A DNA stretch of 63,937 bases, filler included, from Octopus bimaculoides (Eukaryota), in the NCBI RefSeq assembly GCF_001194135.2. It is 6 parts of 5 records of this genome, joined end to end, with 100 filler letters (N's around TTAATTAATTAA, not from the genome) between each part and the next. Parts side by side here need not be neighbours in the genome. Positions count along the whole stretch, not along the records: positions 35,249 to 46,818 come from NC_068985.1; positions 46,919 to 60,606 come from NC_068981.1; 4 more parts are not named here. One strand, 5' to 3'. Under the pieces are notes generated by a model. It saw nothing but the letters and a program-made list of their open reading frames with translations, was not told the DNA's origin and did not search any database. Shown here in pieces: positions 40,849 through 52,831 of the stretch. The position numbers and the translations under genes were made by a program. Each line of letters starts with the position of its first letter. The stretch's first letter is position 1.

Positions 40849-42300
40849 CACACACATATATTTACATACATATTTTTACATATATTTATGCATATATATG
40901 TGTGGGTATATAAATGTGTAAATAACTATGTGTGTGCATGTATGCATCAATGTAAGTATGTATGTATACAGTAACTACATTTATAATTTTGGCCTTTGAT
41001 ATTCATAATTACATTTCCACAGTAAACTTAAGACTTGTTTATTTAATACTTTTTAATGCAGCCATATCAGATTATATCTAATTCGAGGTGACCTTCAGAT
41101 ATCGAATTGTTTATCGTTTTAGCATTTTGACGCTGTTTGAGGGAATTTTTTAATACTATTTTTAACACACACAATAACCCACAATAACCATGCAGTGGTG
41201 GTCATCTATTACCATATCATAGGTTCATCAGCGGCTTTTTGGGTAACCATGCACATTGATCCGATTAATTTATAAAATGATCAATGAAGTAGCTTTTATA
41301 ATGTCGTTCAACTTGCTAGAAATAGCAATCAAATCACAGCCTGCCATCTAGAAATAACTTGCTTCATGATCACATTGTGGAGATGAGGTAAACTGGGAGC
41401 AAAGGGCAGTGACGTCAACAGTCGAGGGGGTTCACTGGGAAGGGAATAGGGAACGACCAAGTGGGGGAAGTAAGATCAGCGTGGTCCTCTTTTGGCCTTC
41501 AGACAGTCGTCGTGAATAAACGCGTATGGGAGAGAGGGTAAGACAGGACTTTAACAGTAGCTACTAGTGATCGGTGAGACGGCTAAGGCATGTCTTGAAT
41601 TTAACACAGCTGGACAGCCGACGCTGAGAGGTAGGTGAACTGTATTTTGTTTCTCACATTGGAGTTACCTCACACGACACACTCTCAATCATTTAAAACA
41701 AAAATGGAACATATTAGATAACAAAGTACGCAATACCTCAAGGAAAAGATAATGATTTGAAAGCTACAGATAATAAATCTGTTTGATTAGAGGTGATTTA
41801 GAGCTAATAACAAGTCTCTTATAGATTATCTTCACGTACATGAATGATAATTTATGAAAGTGTATGACGATTCAAATTAGCTTGTGGGTAACGATGAGTA
41901 TGCATTCATTATACTTATTATCTTAGGATAATATCAGAATAGTTAGCGACATCAAATTAGATGATTTGATTGTATTTATTCAAGAAAAGAGATTATGAGG
42001 GGCAAATGGAATATTTACTAGTTTGTTGAGAATGCGAACATTAGCGGTGATACTGCAATTAGATGGCTCTTAATTATCATCAAAACCTAACTGGGAACCC
42101 GTGGCGTTGCGTAGGTTGCAGCCGCTCTTTGTACGGTAGTAAACGTGGGAGATTGGTTCCCAACCATGTGGTCTTGCGTTCAATCCCCATTCCTAGGTAT
42201 TTTCAAAAAATGTCTTCTTCTATCACTTCGAGCCAACCAAAACCTAATGAGTGGATTTGGTAAGCGCAAACTGAAGGCCGTTGTGTGTGTGTGTATGTGT

Positions 42301-42381
<81 letters not shown>

Positions 42382-44816
42382 AATTGCTTCGGCATTTGAA
42401 ATGATCCCTCCACTCAGTTACTTTTTCATCTACAGACTCTGTATATAACACCGATGCTTCATTACGACCCGGGATTTGAACTCAGAACCTAAACAGAATT
42501 CACTAAATACAGTACAACAAATTGCTTTACATATCGGTGTTTCTGCCACCAGGCGGCGCATCAGGAGAGATGGGCGAGTACATAATGTAATACATATTAT
42601 TAGCAAAGTTTTCAATGTTGTTTTATTTAAAACTTAATGACGAGTGAATGACGTATTCAGATAGGATAATTTAATAATATATTTTCTGATAGGAATCATA
42701 AACATAAACAGAAAACTATGATATAATTCCCATATCTCAATCGAACAATTATGAGTTACTTCTAAACGTGCACCAACTCAACTTTGAACCAATCTGGAGA
42801 GAAAGAGATTTAATAATACGAAACAACAGCAACAATAAAAATCAACAAACACAATACATTTAACAATACAACACAAAACATTTGAGAAAACAAAACAATT
42901 TTTATTGATTGGGTACAATACCGTATTAGGGGAAAAAGGGGTTTATGGCGAGGGGGTAATAAACAATGAACAAAATTGACGTTTTAAATAAATCATGTAT
43001 CTTTCCTTTCCCTCTCTCTATCTCTCTTCTCTTCTCTCCCTCTGTCTTTCTCTCTCTCTCACTCACTCTACGCAGTCACACTTATATACAAACATACTTT
43101 TACACGAAAGCCAACATATGTTATGACGGATTTCAATTGTTATGTCAATCAATAAATGAAATTGATCATGATCGTTTAATTATACACTCGACTATATTTC
43201 GATCTAACAAAGGAAAAAGACAACAAGCATGGATAGCTCTAATTTGATTTGTAGCAAAATAAAGTTCGGGTGTCTAGTCTATTTGTTCCCTTATTGTTGT
43301 TATTATTTGTAAATACTGTTTTGGGGCTATTGTTCTCATATTTGTTATTGTTTTGTTATTACTGTCGTCGTCGACGTTGTTGTTGTTTCATTCCAAATCG
43401 GCCCGGATCGAACAGGCCAGTGCTCAAAATCAATGAAGAGTGACCAATTATCTTGGTTCTGTTATATGCTACACTGTAGTAAATGTTCTACATCGACGTT
43501 GTTGTTGTGTCCCTTGTAAATCGAGATCTAACCGGTTTACGATCAAAGGCCCTGTAATTCTGAGCCAACCCATCTTTTTCTAATGTTTAGGGAACCGTTA
43601 AATGCCAATCAAATACAGAGCTCGATGTAATTGACTAAATCTTCCACGCAGAATTGTTGGCCCTTTGCCTAAAATTATTGGCCCTTTGCCTAAGTATATA
43701 ATTTTTTATCCTTTCGGAGCCAATAAGGAGCTAATCAAGAACTGGAGTCAGTCGTATCTACTAATCTGATCCTCTGAAAATTTCAAACTTGCACCTAACT
43801 TAGAAACCATTATTATTTACTATGGTTGAGGAGATAATCACTCCGAAATGCATGTATCCAACACTATAGTTAGGGGGCGCTCCAAGCTGATTCGGTGTAT
43901 TTACACCTGTTTGTTTACAGCGAGAAATTTTTTATATCACAAAATGCAGTAAATGGCTTTTCTTGTGGATTCGAATATGCCTCAAGCATATTTGAACTGG
44001 TGGCAAATTTATATTATTACTTAAACACTAACGTAGGTTTCGACTGAAATTTTGCTCAGGCCATAAATAACTTAATAACACCAAACGGAGAAGACATCTA
44101 ATCTTTTTAATATTGTAGTCAAGAGTAAAGAGTTATCGTCTGCAAAGACATATTTGAGTCTAGGTGGCTTTATCTGGAATTTATGGGAAGAATTCATCCA
44201 GGAACCGTTTGGGTTTTATGGGGTCTTTTTCTTTCTTTATGTGTCTTGGCATGATGTTGAAGAGAGCGGGGCTACTTGAGGTATAATAGTTTTTATAAGC
44301 GAAAGTCAAGAAACAAATCGTAAAAACTTCTATTTTTCTAAGCAAAACACAATCCAATTGATATATTTTAAAATTCTTTGTTTAATAAATGAAAAATGAA
44401 TCTGTCAATGCAATTTGGAAGTTTTAAAAGACATGTAGCAATTTAAAATTATATTATTGTTAAAGATTTTGATATTATGATTTATCAATTAATTGTTTAA
44501 GTTATAAGAGGGCCACGCTGGAACATTGCTTTGAAAAAATTTATTCGAATAAATTGAACCCAGTGTTTATTATTTTTTTTAAGTGTGTTACTTATTCTAT
44601 CGGTTTCTTTAGTCGAAACCACTAAATACAGAGGAGTAATCACGCCAACACCGGTTGTCAAGCAGTGCTGGGGTTAAACATGAACACAAAGATACACTCA
44701 GACACACACACACAACAACGCGCAGGTGTAGGGGCGCGCACACACGTACACACACACACATACACACACACAAAGAAAGAATATATACACACACATATGT
44801 ATGTGTATGCATGTAT

Positions 44817-45023
44817 CTCTTTTACTCTTTTACTTGTTTCAGTCAGTTGACTGCGGCCATGCTGGAGCACCACCTTTAGACGAGCAAATCGACCCCGGGA
44901 CTTATTCGTTGTAAGCTTACTACTTATTCTATCGGTCTCTTTTGCCGAACCGTCAAGTCACGGGGATATAACACACCAGCATCGGTTGTTAAGCGATGTT
45001 GGGGGACAAACACAGACACACAA

Positions 45024-45068
<45 letters not shown>

Positions 45069-45248
45069 CATATATACATATATACGACGGGCTTCTTCCA
45101 GTTTCCATCTACCAAATCTACTCACAAGGCTTTGGTCGGCCCAAGGCTATATTTGATGACACTTGCCCAAGGTGCCACGCAGTGGGACTGAACCCGGAAC
45201 CGTGCAGTTGGTAAGCAAGCTACTTACCACACAGCCACTCCTATGCCT
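44817..45248 (-). mobile_element. SINE family A, well-preserved full-length copy
   Basis: Reverse complement begins aggcataggagTGGCTGTGTGGtaag (A box)...GGTTCAGTCCC (B box), with an internal microsatellite and the family tail. Confidence 0.9.
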
Positions 45249-45765
45249 ACGTAAAGACGTTTGGGTTTTGTAATTTTTTTTTACAGTTTCATTTATTTAT
45301 TTTAAAACTGAATAAATGTTACGAGAAGATAACTCTAACGATATTAGAATTTAGAATTTATGTTCATTACATTAAATGTTATGAAAAAATATTACAAGGA
45401 CCAAAATTCTACTGTATATATCCTGGAATCATACTTTGCACAATAATTACAGCATGTGTTAGTTATATTCTTACATCAGCTTTTGTTCCTTTAAGATCCC
45501 TAAGTAAACATCACGAAACATTATGCAAGGACAAGTAAAATAAATAAGGTTAAAACGGAATGAATTAAGCACACTAGATCTTGCTTGCTTTTAACAAAGA
45601 GAATGGTTCCAACGTAAACGGGTTTGTGGAAGCGCATGCGCTAAACATTTTAAAATGACAGAAAACGTATGGTTGACATGCACATCTTAAAGTCGTGTGG
45701 ACAAGTCAATTCATGTATGTATATATGATTTAGATATGTAAGTGCGTGTAGGTGTGCGAATAAAT

Positions 45766-45798
<33 letters not shown>

Positions 45799-45800
45799 TG

Positions 45801-45879
<79 letters not shown>

Positions 45880-46045
45880 CATATACATTATATATATATA
45901 TATATGTATTATTATTATGCNNNNNNNNNNNNNNNNNNNNNNNNNNNNNNNNNNNNNNNNNNNNNNNNNNNNNNNNNNNNNNNNNNNNNNNNNNNNNNNN
46001 NNNNNNNNNNNNNNNNNNNNNNNNNNNNNNNNNNNNNNNNNCATT

Positions 46046-46116
<71 letters not shown>

Positions 46117-46818
46117 AACATACATATTATATGCGTGTGCGTATGTGTGCGCATGTGCGCGCGTGTATGTATATATGTATGTATATGTATGTTTGTCTAC
46201 GTGTCGTATTTTAAAATGTTTCACCTTATCCACACGGAAACAATGCTCTTGTTCCTGGCCCATGTCTCTCCCCTGTCTCCTCTGCGCTCTCTGCATACAT
46301 GTATGTGTATGCATGTGCATGAGTGTTTATGCATGTAAATATATGTGCGTTAAGTATTTATGTAGGTACGTATCTATGTATGTATATATGCAGTATTTCT
46401 CAGCGTATACGTGTGTGTGTATTTGCAAAATGTAAAATAGACAGCAGAGAGAATAAAATGTATATTGGCATGTATGAGAGAGAAACAATGTAAGCTTCGT
46501 AAAGACAAATTCTCCCTTCCCGCCGGGTAGAAGCGTTTGATTTCAACATGAAAATTCCCTACAGTTCCAATCAATGTATATTAAGCTCACAAAGACTAAC
46601 AAGGGGTTAGAACTAACGATTTTATAATTTATCCATGCTTTTACAAAAGACTGTTAAGACTATTAGCTAATAAATGCCAAAATAACTCCCAGCCTGAATC
46701 GAAACACGAGCGGGAATAGTTTAGATGAAAATTGCTTTAAGAGTGTATGTGTGTCTGAAAGTGTAGATGGATATATCATACACGTACTTGTATGCGTATG
46801 CATATATATATATATATA

Positions 46819-46918
46819 NNNNNNNNNNNNNNNNNNNNNNNNNNNNNNNNNNNNNNNNNNNNTTAATTAATTAANNNNNNNNNNNNNNNNNNNNNNNNNN
46901 NNNNNNNNNNNNNNNNNN
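46819..46918. other. Artificial scaffold-joining linker
   Basis: N44-TTAATTAATTAA-N44. Confidence 0.95.
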
Positions 46919-47745
46919 GTTGGTGGTGCTTAAGTCTGATGATGTCCTGGGGGAGACTCTGGGCTTCGACAAGAGGCAGCTAACCAGCCTGTTCGGGAGG
47001 ACCTTCGGGTCGGGACTCATGGATAATTACCAGAAATCCTTGGCCTGGCTGTGCTACCGATCGGCGTTACCGGTTCGGGAAAGATTGTCAAGACACGGTT
47101 GTGACACCTCCCCCACATGTCCGAGGTGCGGGCGGGCCAGTGAAACGGTGACGCACGCCTTCGTTCACTGTGGGGAGCTGAGTGATTTGATAACCTATGC
47201 CGAACAGCTGATGTCGGATACAGAAAGAGTACGACTCTCGACTGAATCCATAATTAAGATGGTACCGCCTTCCTCCTTTTCCAAAGAGAGGAAGGCGTCA
47301 TTTCTCTGCGTAATAACCATAGTGAAAGAAACGGTATGGAAGACGCGCTCGGAAGGAATTGCGACAGGACAATTCATCTCCAGACGAGGGCTGGTGAACT
47401 ACTTCACCGCCCATCTTGTTTCCAAGATCCGTCTGGAGAGGAGGAGCTTGTCGCAAAGAGTATTTGCCAAAAGATGGAAGGATGTCGTAAGAAAGTTGTG
47501 TATGCAAGGGGCCATGCCAACACGGTCGGACCGGGCATAGAAGGAAAAGAAATGGGAAAAGAAAAAGGAAAAAAAAAAATCAACCGGCGGNNNNNNNNNN
47601 ACATTATAATATATTATTCTCATGTTAAAATCATTCGTTAAATCATCTGTAAAGAGGCTCAACGATCTATATGTTCCCCCTTGTCTGTCCTAGTTCGTCC
47701 CCTCTATGTATCCTATTTATTAGGAAATAAAAGAAAATCAATCAA
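46919..47745 (+). mobile_element. Tx1-like (L1 superfamily) LINE: ORF2 C-terminus and probable 3' UTR
   Basis: Open from the scaffold edge to TAG at 47538-40 (206 aa, no internal stops). zf-RVT-type motif LAWLCYRSALPVRERLSRHG..CPRCGRASETVTHAFVHC and KIRLERR..FAKRW. Continuity of the UTR across the 10-N gap at 47591-47600 is assumed. Confidence 0.85.
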
Positions 47746-48042
47746 GTTTCCTCGTTAAGGTATGTGATGTTGCTTTTTTCCCTTATACTCTTGCACGGTT
47801 TTTTTTTTCTTTACTAGCTCATCACACTTTCGTTATATATGTTCCTTTTCCTTATCTACAGATATTATCTCCCCAATTGACGTTTTATGCCTTAAATTTG
47901 ACAGATATTTATTGCTATTTGATGTGTTTTATTATAAAACCTTCGACAATTTCCTTTGTACTAAATGTTGCTTAAACGGACAGATTTTCATGCTTTTCTT
48001 ATTTTATGCATTTTAAAATTTAAGATACGTTTTTTGAAGTTA

Positions 48043-48154
48043 CCGGACCTGAAGAGTGTCCTTATATTGGGTGCCATCTATCGTGTACGATTCATTGTAG
48101 ATTGACCAGTTTTTTCCCCACTGTTATGTGGCCATGAAACATGTATAGTCTTTC
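48043..48154 (+). ncRNA. Hammerhead-like motif with long loop II (weak)
   Basis: CTGAAGA at 48049-55, gtgtcc...ggccat stem (5 of 6 pairs), GAAACATGTATAGTC at 48136-50. Stem I is poor. Confidence 0.25.
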
Positions 48155-48296
48155 TCCCACTTTCGATTCATAAACGTAACCGACTTAAATTCTTAGTCCA
48201 ATATTTCATATATTGTATGTATTATAAATTCTCTCTTGGATTTTTTAGATTTTTAAATTAGCTTTGTATAATACACTTTTCTTGGTGGTGTCTGTT

Positions 48297-48625
48297 CTAC
48301 CTGCTGATAGAAATCGCCCGCGAACGAGAAGCAGTTTAGTGAGAGGACAAGTTCGGCCAGACGAATGAGCGTGGAGGTGTCGAGTTGGGTCGGAGGTCGA
48401 GGAAATATTTAAGTGCATGCAGCCCCTCGTCGTGAGGGATCACCGTATAGAGGCTCTGGATGTCGAGGGTGAAAAGACGCTTAGAAGAGCCAGGAGGGAA
48501 GGAGAAAGAGTTGAATAAACGAAGCGCGCGGTTGGTGTCGTGTATGTGAGAAGGGAGAGAAGACACTAGGGGGGCAAGGACACGGTCCAGGTATTTTGAG
48601 ATAAGCTCGGTGGGGCAGTTACAGG
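48297..48625 (-). mobile_element. Penelope-like reverse transcriptase fragment
   Basis: ACNCPTELISKYLDRVLAPLVSSLPSHIHDTNRALRLFNSFSFPPGSSKRLFTLDIQSLYTVIPHDEGLHALKYFLD, then after a frameshift RLAELVLSLNCFSFAGDFYQQV. Confidence 0.92.
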
Positions 48626-48960
48626 CATGGGTTGGACGGTTTGACCAGGGATATTTATATACGTATATGTGTATATTTATATGTGTGTGTGTATACACAC
48701 ACACACATATATATATTATTTTATTCTGTTACATGTTTCAGTCATTTGACTTTGGCCATACTGGAGCACTGCCTTAAAGGGTTTTAGCCAATGAAATTGA
48801 CAAGCTTCTTTCAGTTTTTGTCTGCTAAATTGACTCACAAGGCTTTGGTTGGCCCTAGACTATAGTACAAAACACTCACAAAAGTTGCCACGCAGTGGTA
48901 CTGAACCCAGAACCATGTGGAGGGGAAGCAAGCTTCTTACGACACAGCCACACCTGCACC

Positions 48961-49011
<51 letters not shown>

Positions 49012-49532
49012 TATTTATCTGTCTATATACATACATATATATATATATATATATCATTGCTCNNNNNNNNNNNNNNNNNNNNNNNNNNNNNNNNNNNNNN
49101 NNNNNNNNNNNNNNNNNNNNNNNNNNNNNNNNNNNNNNNNNNNNNNNNNNNNNNNNNNNNNNNNNNNNNNNNNNNNNNNNNNNNNNNNNNNNNNNNNNNN
49201 NNNNNNNNNNNNNNNNNNNNNNNNNNNNNNNNNNNNNNNNNNNNNNNNNNNNNNNNNNNNNNNNNNNNNNNNNNNNNNNNNNNNNNNNNNNNNNNNNNNN
49301 NNNNNNNNNNNNNNNNNNNNNNNNNNNNNNNNNNNNNNNNNNNNNNNNNNNNNNNNNNNNNNNNNNNNNNNNNNNNNNNNNNNNNNNNNNNNNNNNNNNN
49401 NNNNNNNNNNNNNNNNNNNNNNNNNNNNNNNNNNNNNNNNNNNNNNNNNNNNNNNNNNNNNNNNNNNNNNNNNNNNNNNNNNNNNNNNNNNNNNNNNNNN
49501 NNNNNNNNNNNNNNNNNNNNNNNNNNNNNNNN

Positions 49533-49572
<40 letters not shown>

Positions 49573-50485
49573 TGTGTGTGCGTCCTTGTATTTTAGTGTG
49601 TGCCTCCACCACTTGACAAACGTTTTGGTTACATCCCCATAACTTAGCCATACCACAAAGAAAGAGACTGCTAGAAGAAGTACTAATCTTATCCGGGTTG
49701 TTTGTTAGTAAGAAGTAATGTCAAGCATTTAGGTTGGATTAGAGTCCATGGAAATTAGAGAAGGAGAGGGAGAATTATCCAATGAGTTTAATATTATTTT
49801 TTGGTAATTAGAGTATGTCAGAGTGTGGTGTGTCATCCAAATGTCATATTAAACCCATCAAGGGCCTAACTAGAAATGTAATCATTTAATGAATAGATTG
49901 AATTAAAATAATAAATTAGGATTTTATTAATAGAAAGTGGCCTTTAACACAAAGTAATTATTCTTTTCACAACTTGTCAGTTTCTTCTGTTTGATGTTAG
50001 ATGTGTGTTTTTAACATAGTGACACCATACAATAAATACCAATCAATTGGTGAATGACAGTTGTGACATCTTTTTAAGTGTGGCTTACTGAAGTTCTCAT
50101 TTTATTTACTTTGTTAATGTCTTTGAGAGAAGCATAAATGTTCAAAATTACCATCCTTAACTCTTCTAAAATGCTGCCCATCATATCTATATAGAAAAGC
50201 ACTGTACTACCAAGCAGTGCCTAGAAATGGATATGTCATTTTAGTAATAAGAGGTGAATTAGCATAGTGGACTCAATTTTTGTCAGTTACTTCAGAATAT
50301 AGGCTATAATAACTGGTATGGTTGTCATACATATATATAGAGAGAAAAAGATATTGTAAATAAAACTGATTCACAATAATCAACGTTGTTTACTTCAAAA
50401 TAACAAGTTAAGACTGAATTTAAAATCAGTTTTCACTATAAATATTGTATTGAAGCAAAAGTAATATGCATATCATACATCTACA

Positions 50486-50528
<43 letters not shown>

Positions 50529-50538
50529 NNNNNNNNNN

Positions 50539-50571
<33 letters not shown>

Positions 50572-52634
50572 TTTTTGATCAACAAATTTAGATATTTTCT
50601 TCAACTGAACTCCTAAGAAATCAACATTGGAAGAAGAAAGAAGAAAAAGAAATCCAAAGTAAATTCAATATTTATTTGCTGTACATCTCTATAAATCACT
50701 GTGTTTTTCATTCACATCATCTTGACAAAAAGATTTTGTTTTTGCCCATTAGTCAAGTAAATAACAGAGAGACAATTTCAATAGTAAAATTCCCAAGGAT
50801 AATTTTACTATTTTACTTTTATGTTTTATAAGACTTAAATGAATTCAATAGTCTAATGATAATGTGAATATAAAACTAAATTGGTGGAAATACTGCTTTG
50901 TTTTAGATTGAAAAAAGAAATTAATAAACGAATAGACAAAATAAAATAAAGTAAAGCATTTTTCTCAAAGAAGCAAAATATAAACTTTCCTTCTATTTCA
51001 TTGCATTATGACAAGAAATGATTTAAAAGCCCTTTTGATATTAGATAAAAGAATGCAATATCACTCTCCTGTATTTTTTGACTATCTGTTTGTACACATT
51101 GTTGCATTTAAATACATTTAAGATTTCACCATTGTTAAAGAACATAAACAGAGGTAACATTTACCTCTTGAAACTAGCAAGAAAAGAATAATTTCTCTAT
51201 ATCATGTCGAGAAGATATCATTGATATATCAAGAATATGATCATAGATTATATTCTAATGCATTTCAATATCTAAGACTATGAGCTCTAGCTAAGCAAAT
51301 GTAAACCAGAAAAATTTTGATTGGAAAGAAGCACTTCAGATAAAGACAACCAAAAAAAAAAAATTTTTAATGTCTATAAAAAATTATAAAAATCTGAATG
51401 TAAATACAAAGAAGCTTTCTGCTGTAAGATGTGGTAAAAACAGTAATTGATCGTTTCAATCTGATCAGAAAATAGAATCACATCAAATGGGAACTGATTT
51501 GTTTTTAAGGTTGCCTCAGCTAAATACTTTTAAATTGCCAAAATGTTTCTAATCTGTTGAAGAAGAAATGCACTTACTCTGTGCTTGACTGGCTACTTCA
51601 TTGAAATAAGGCTATGAGCTCAATGGATTCTTGCTCTTTCATTAATTGTAAACTTGGCTAGGGATAAAAAGGAAGAACCAAATGTACATTTGACCCAGAA
51701 TATGTCACACCTTTTGAAGCGGATACTAAAATCTTTCCTGTTAAAAACAGCTAATTGCCTGCCATCAGTTGAATATTTATAGCATCATTTAAGCCAACAT
51801 CAAAGGAAGATATCTCCTTTGATGACAAATTCACTAGATTGTTAAGCTTCAAATTTATGTTGCTTGAAATGTTATTTGTTATGCTATATAAATTTCTACA
51901 CTGCAGCTTTCAATATGTACATAAGAATTATCTTGTTCCAAATACATGTAGAAAAACTGCATTTAGTAGATAGCTATAAGCTTTCAAATTTATTCCCCCC
52001 CATTTATTATCATGTCATTTCCTTCCCTCTCTCTCGCTCTCTCTCTTTCTCACTCTCTCTGCCATCTTTTTGAATGAAACTTTTAAAAGAGTATCTCATC
52101 TATTAAACAACTTACACTACATTATGGTAAACAATGATTTTACACTAACCTATTGGAAAATGCAAAATGATGAACATTTATACTGCATGTTTAGTTAAGC
52201 TGGTGTGTATTAAATACAGATGTAATATATTTAACATGAAAGATAAAGTGCATTTAATAATATATATTTCCTATAAATTATTGTAATATACTTTGGCATA
52301 GCAATGAGTCATACATAGAGGAGAGTTTAAAGAAAACTGAACTGGCTTATAAAAGAAAATACCAATAAAACCTCTAAACTTTCTTGAGAATTCTCCATAG
52401 TTATGGGTATATAAATATATGTAATCATGACATATAACCAGGAGATGTCTGTGTGGTTAAGAAGCTTATTTCTTAACCATGTGGTCTTGGGTTCAAACCT
52501 ACTGTATGGCAACTTTGGCAAGTATGTTCAACTCAGCTCTGGGTCAACCAAAACCTTGAGGGGATTTCGTAAACAGAAAATGAAAAAAGCCTGTTATACG
52601 TGTGTGTGTGTATAAGTTTTTTTCATTCTCTCTC

Positions 52635-52780
52635 TGTTTATTTTCTCTTATTCCTTTCTTCTGTTGAAGAGCAGAGGCTCGAAACGTAAATGACTTTTTC
52701 ATTTTCATGAGCATCAAACTAATACACTTGCTTGTTGTTTACACAGACCTGTCTTTGTCTGTTGTTTTTCTATAAATTTC

Positions 52781-52781
<1 letters not shown>
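52635..52781 (+). mobile_element. About 145-bp repeat carrying a hammerhead-like motif, copy 2
   Basis: CTGTTGA-A-GAGC-agag-GCTC-GAAA-CGTA at 52661-52688. Flanked by a CT-rich tract and (TA)n. Confidence 0.72.

Positions 52782-52831
<50 letters not shown>

Noticed and set aside
41341-41640. GC-richer island with a minus-strand peptide (PRLLTSLPFAPSLPHLHNVIMK) faintly like a PLE post-RT linker
   Set aside because: No diagnostic motif; too decayed to call without a profile search.
45180-45248. tRNA-like A and B boxes here and in other repeat heads
   Set aside because: They are SINE heads attached to repeat bodies, and I could not fold a complete cloverleaf.
51570-51665. Possible minus-strand exon (ccctag acceptor, gtaagt donor)
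   Set aside because: All three frames contain stops, and no partner exons were found in this scaffold.
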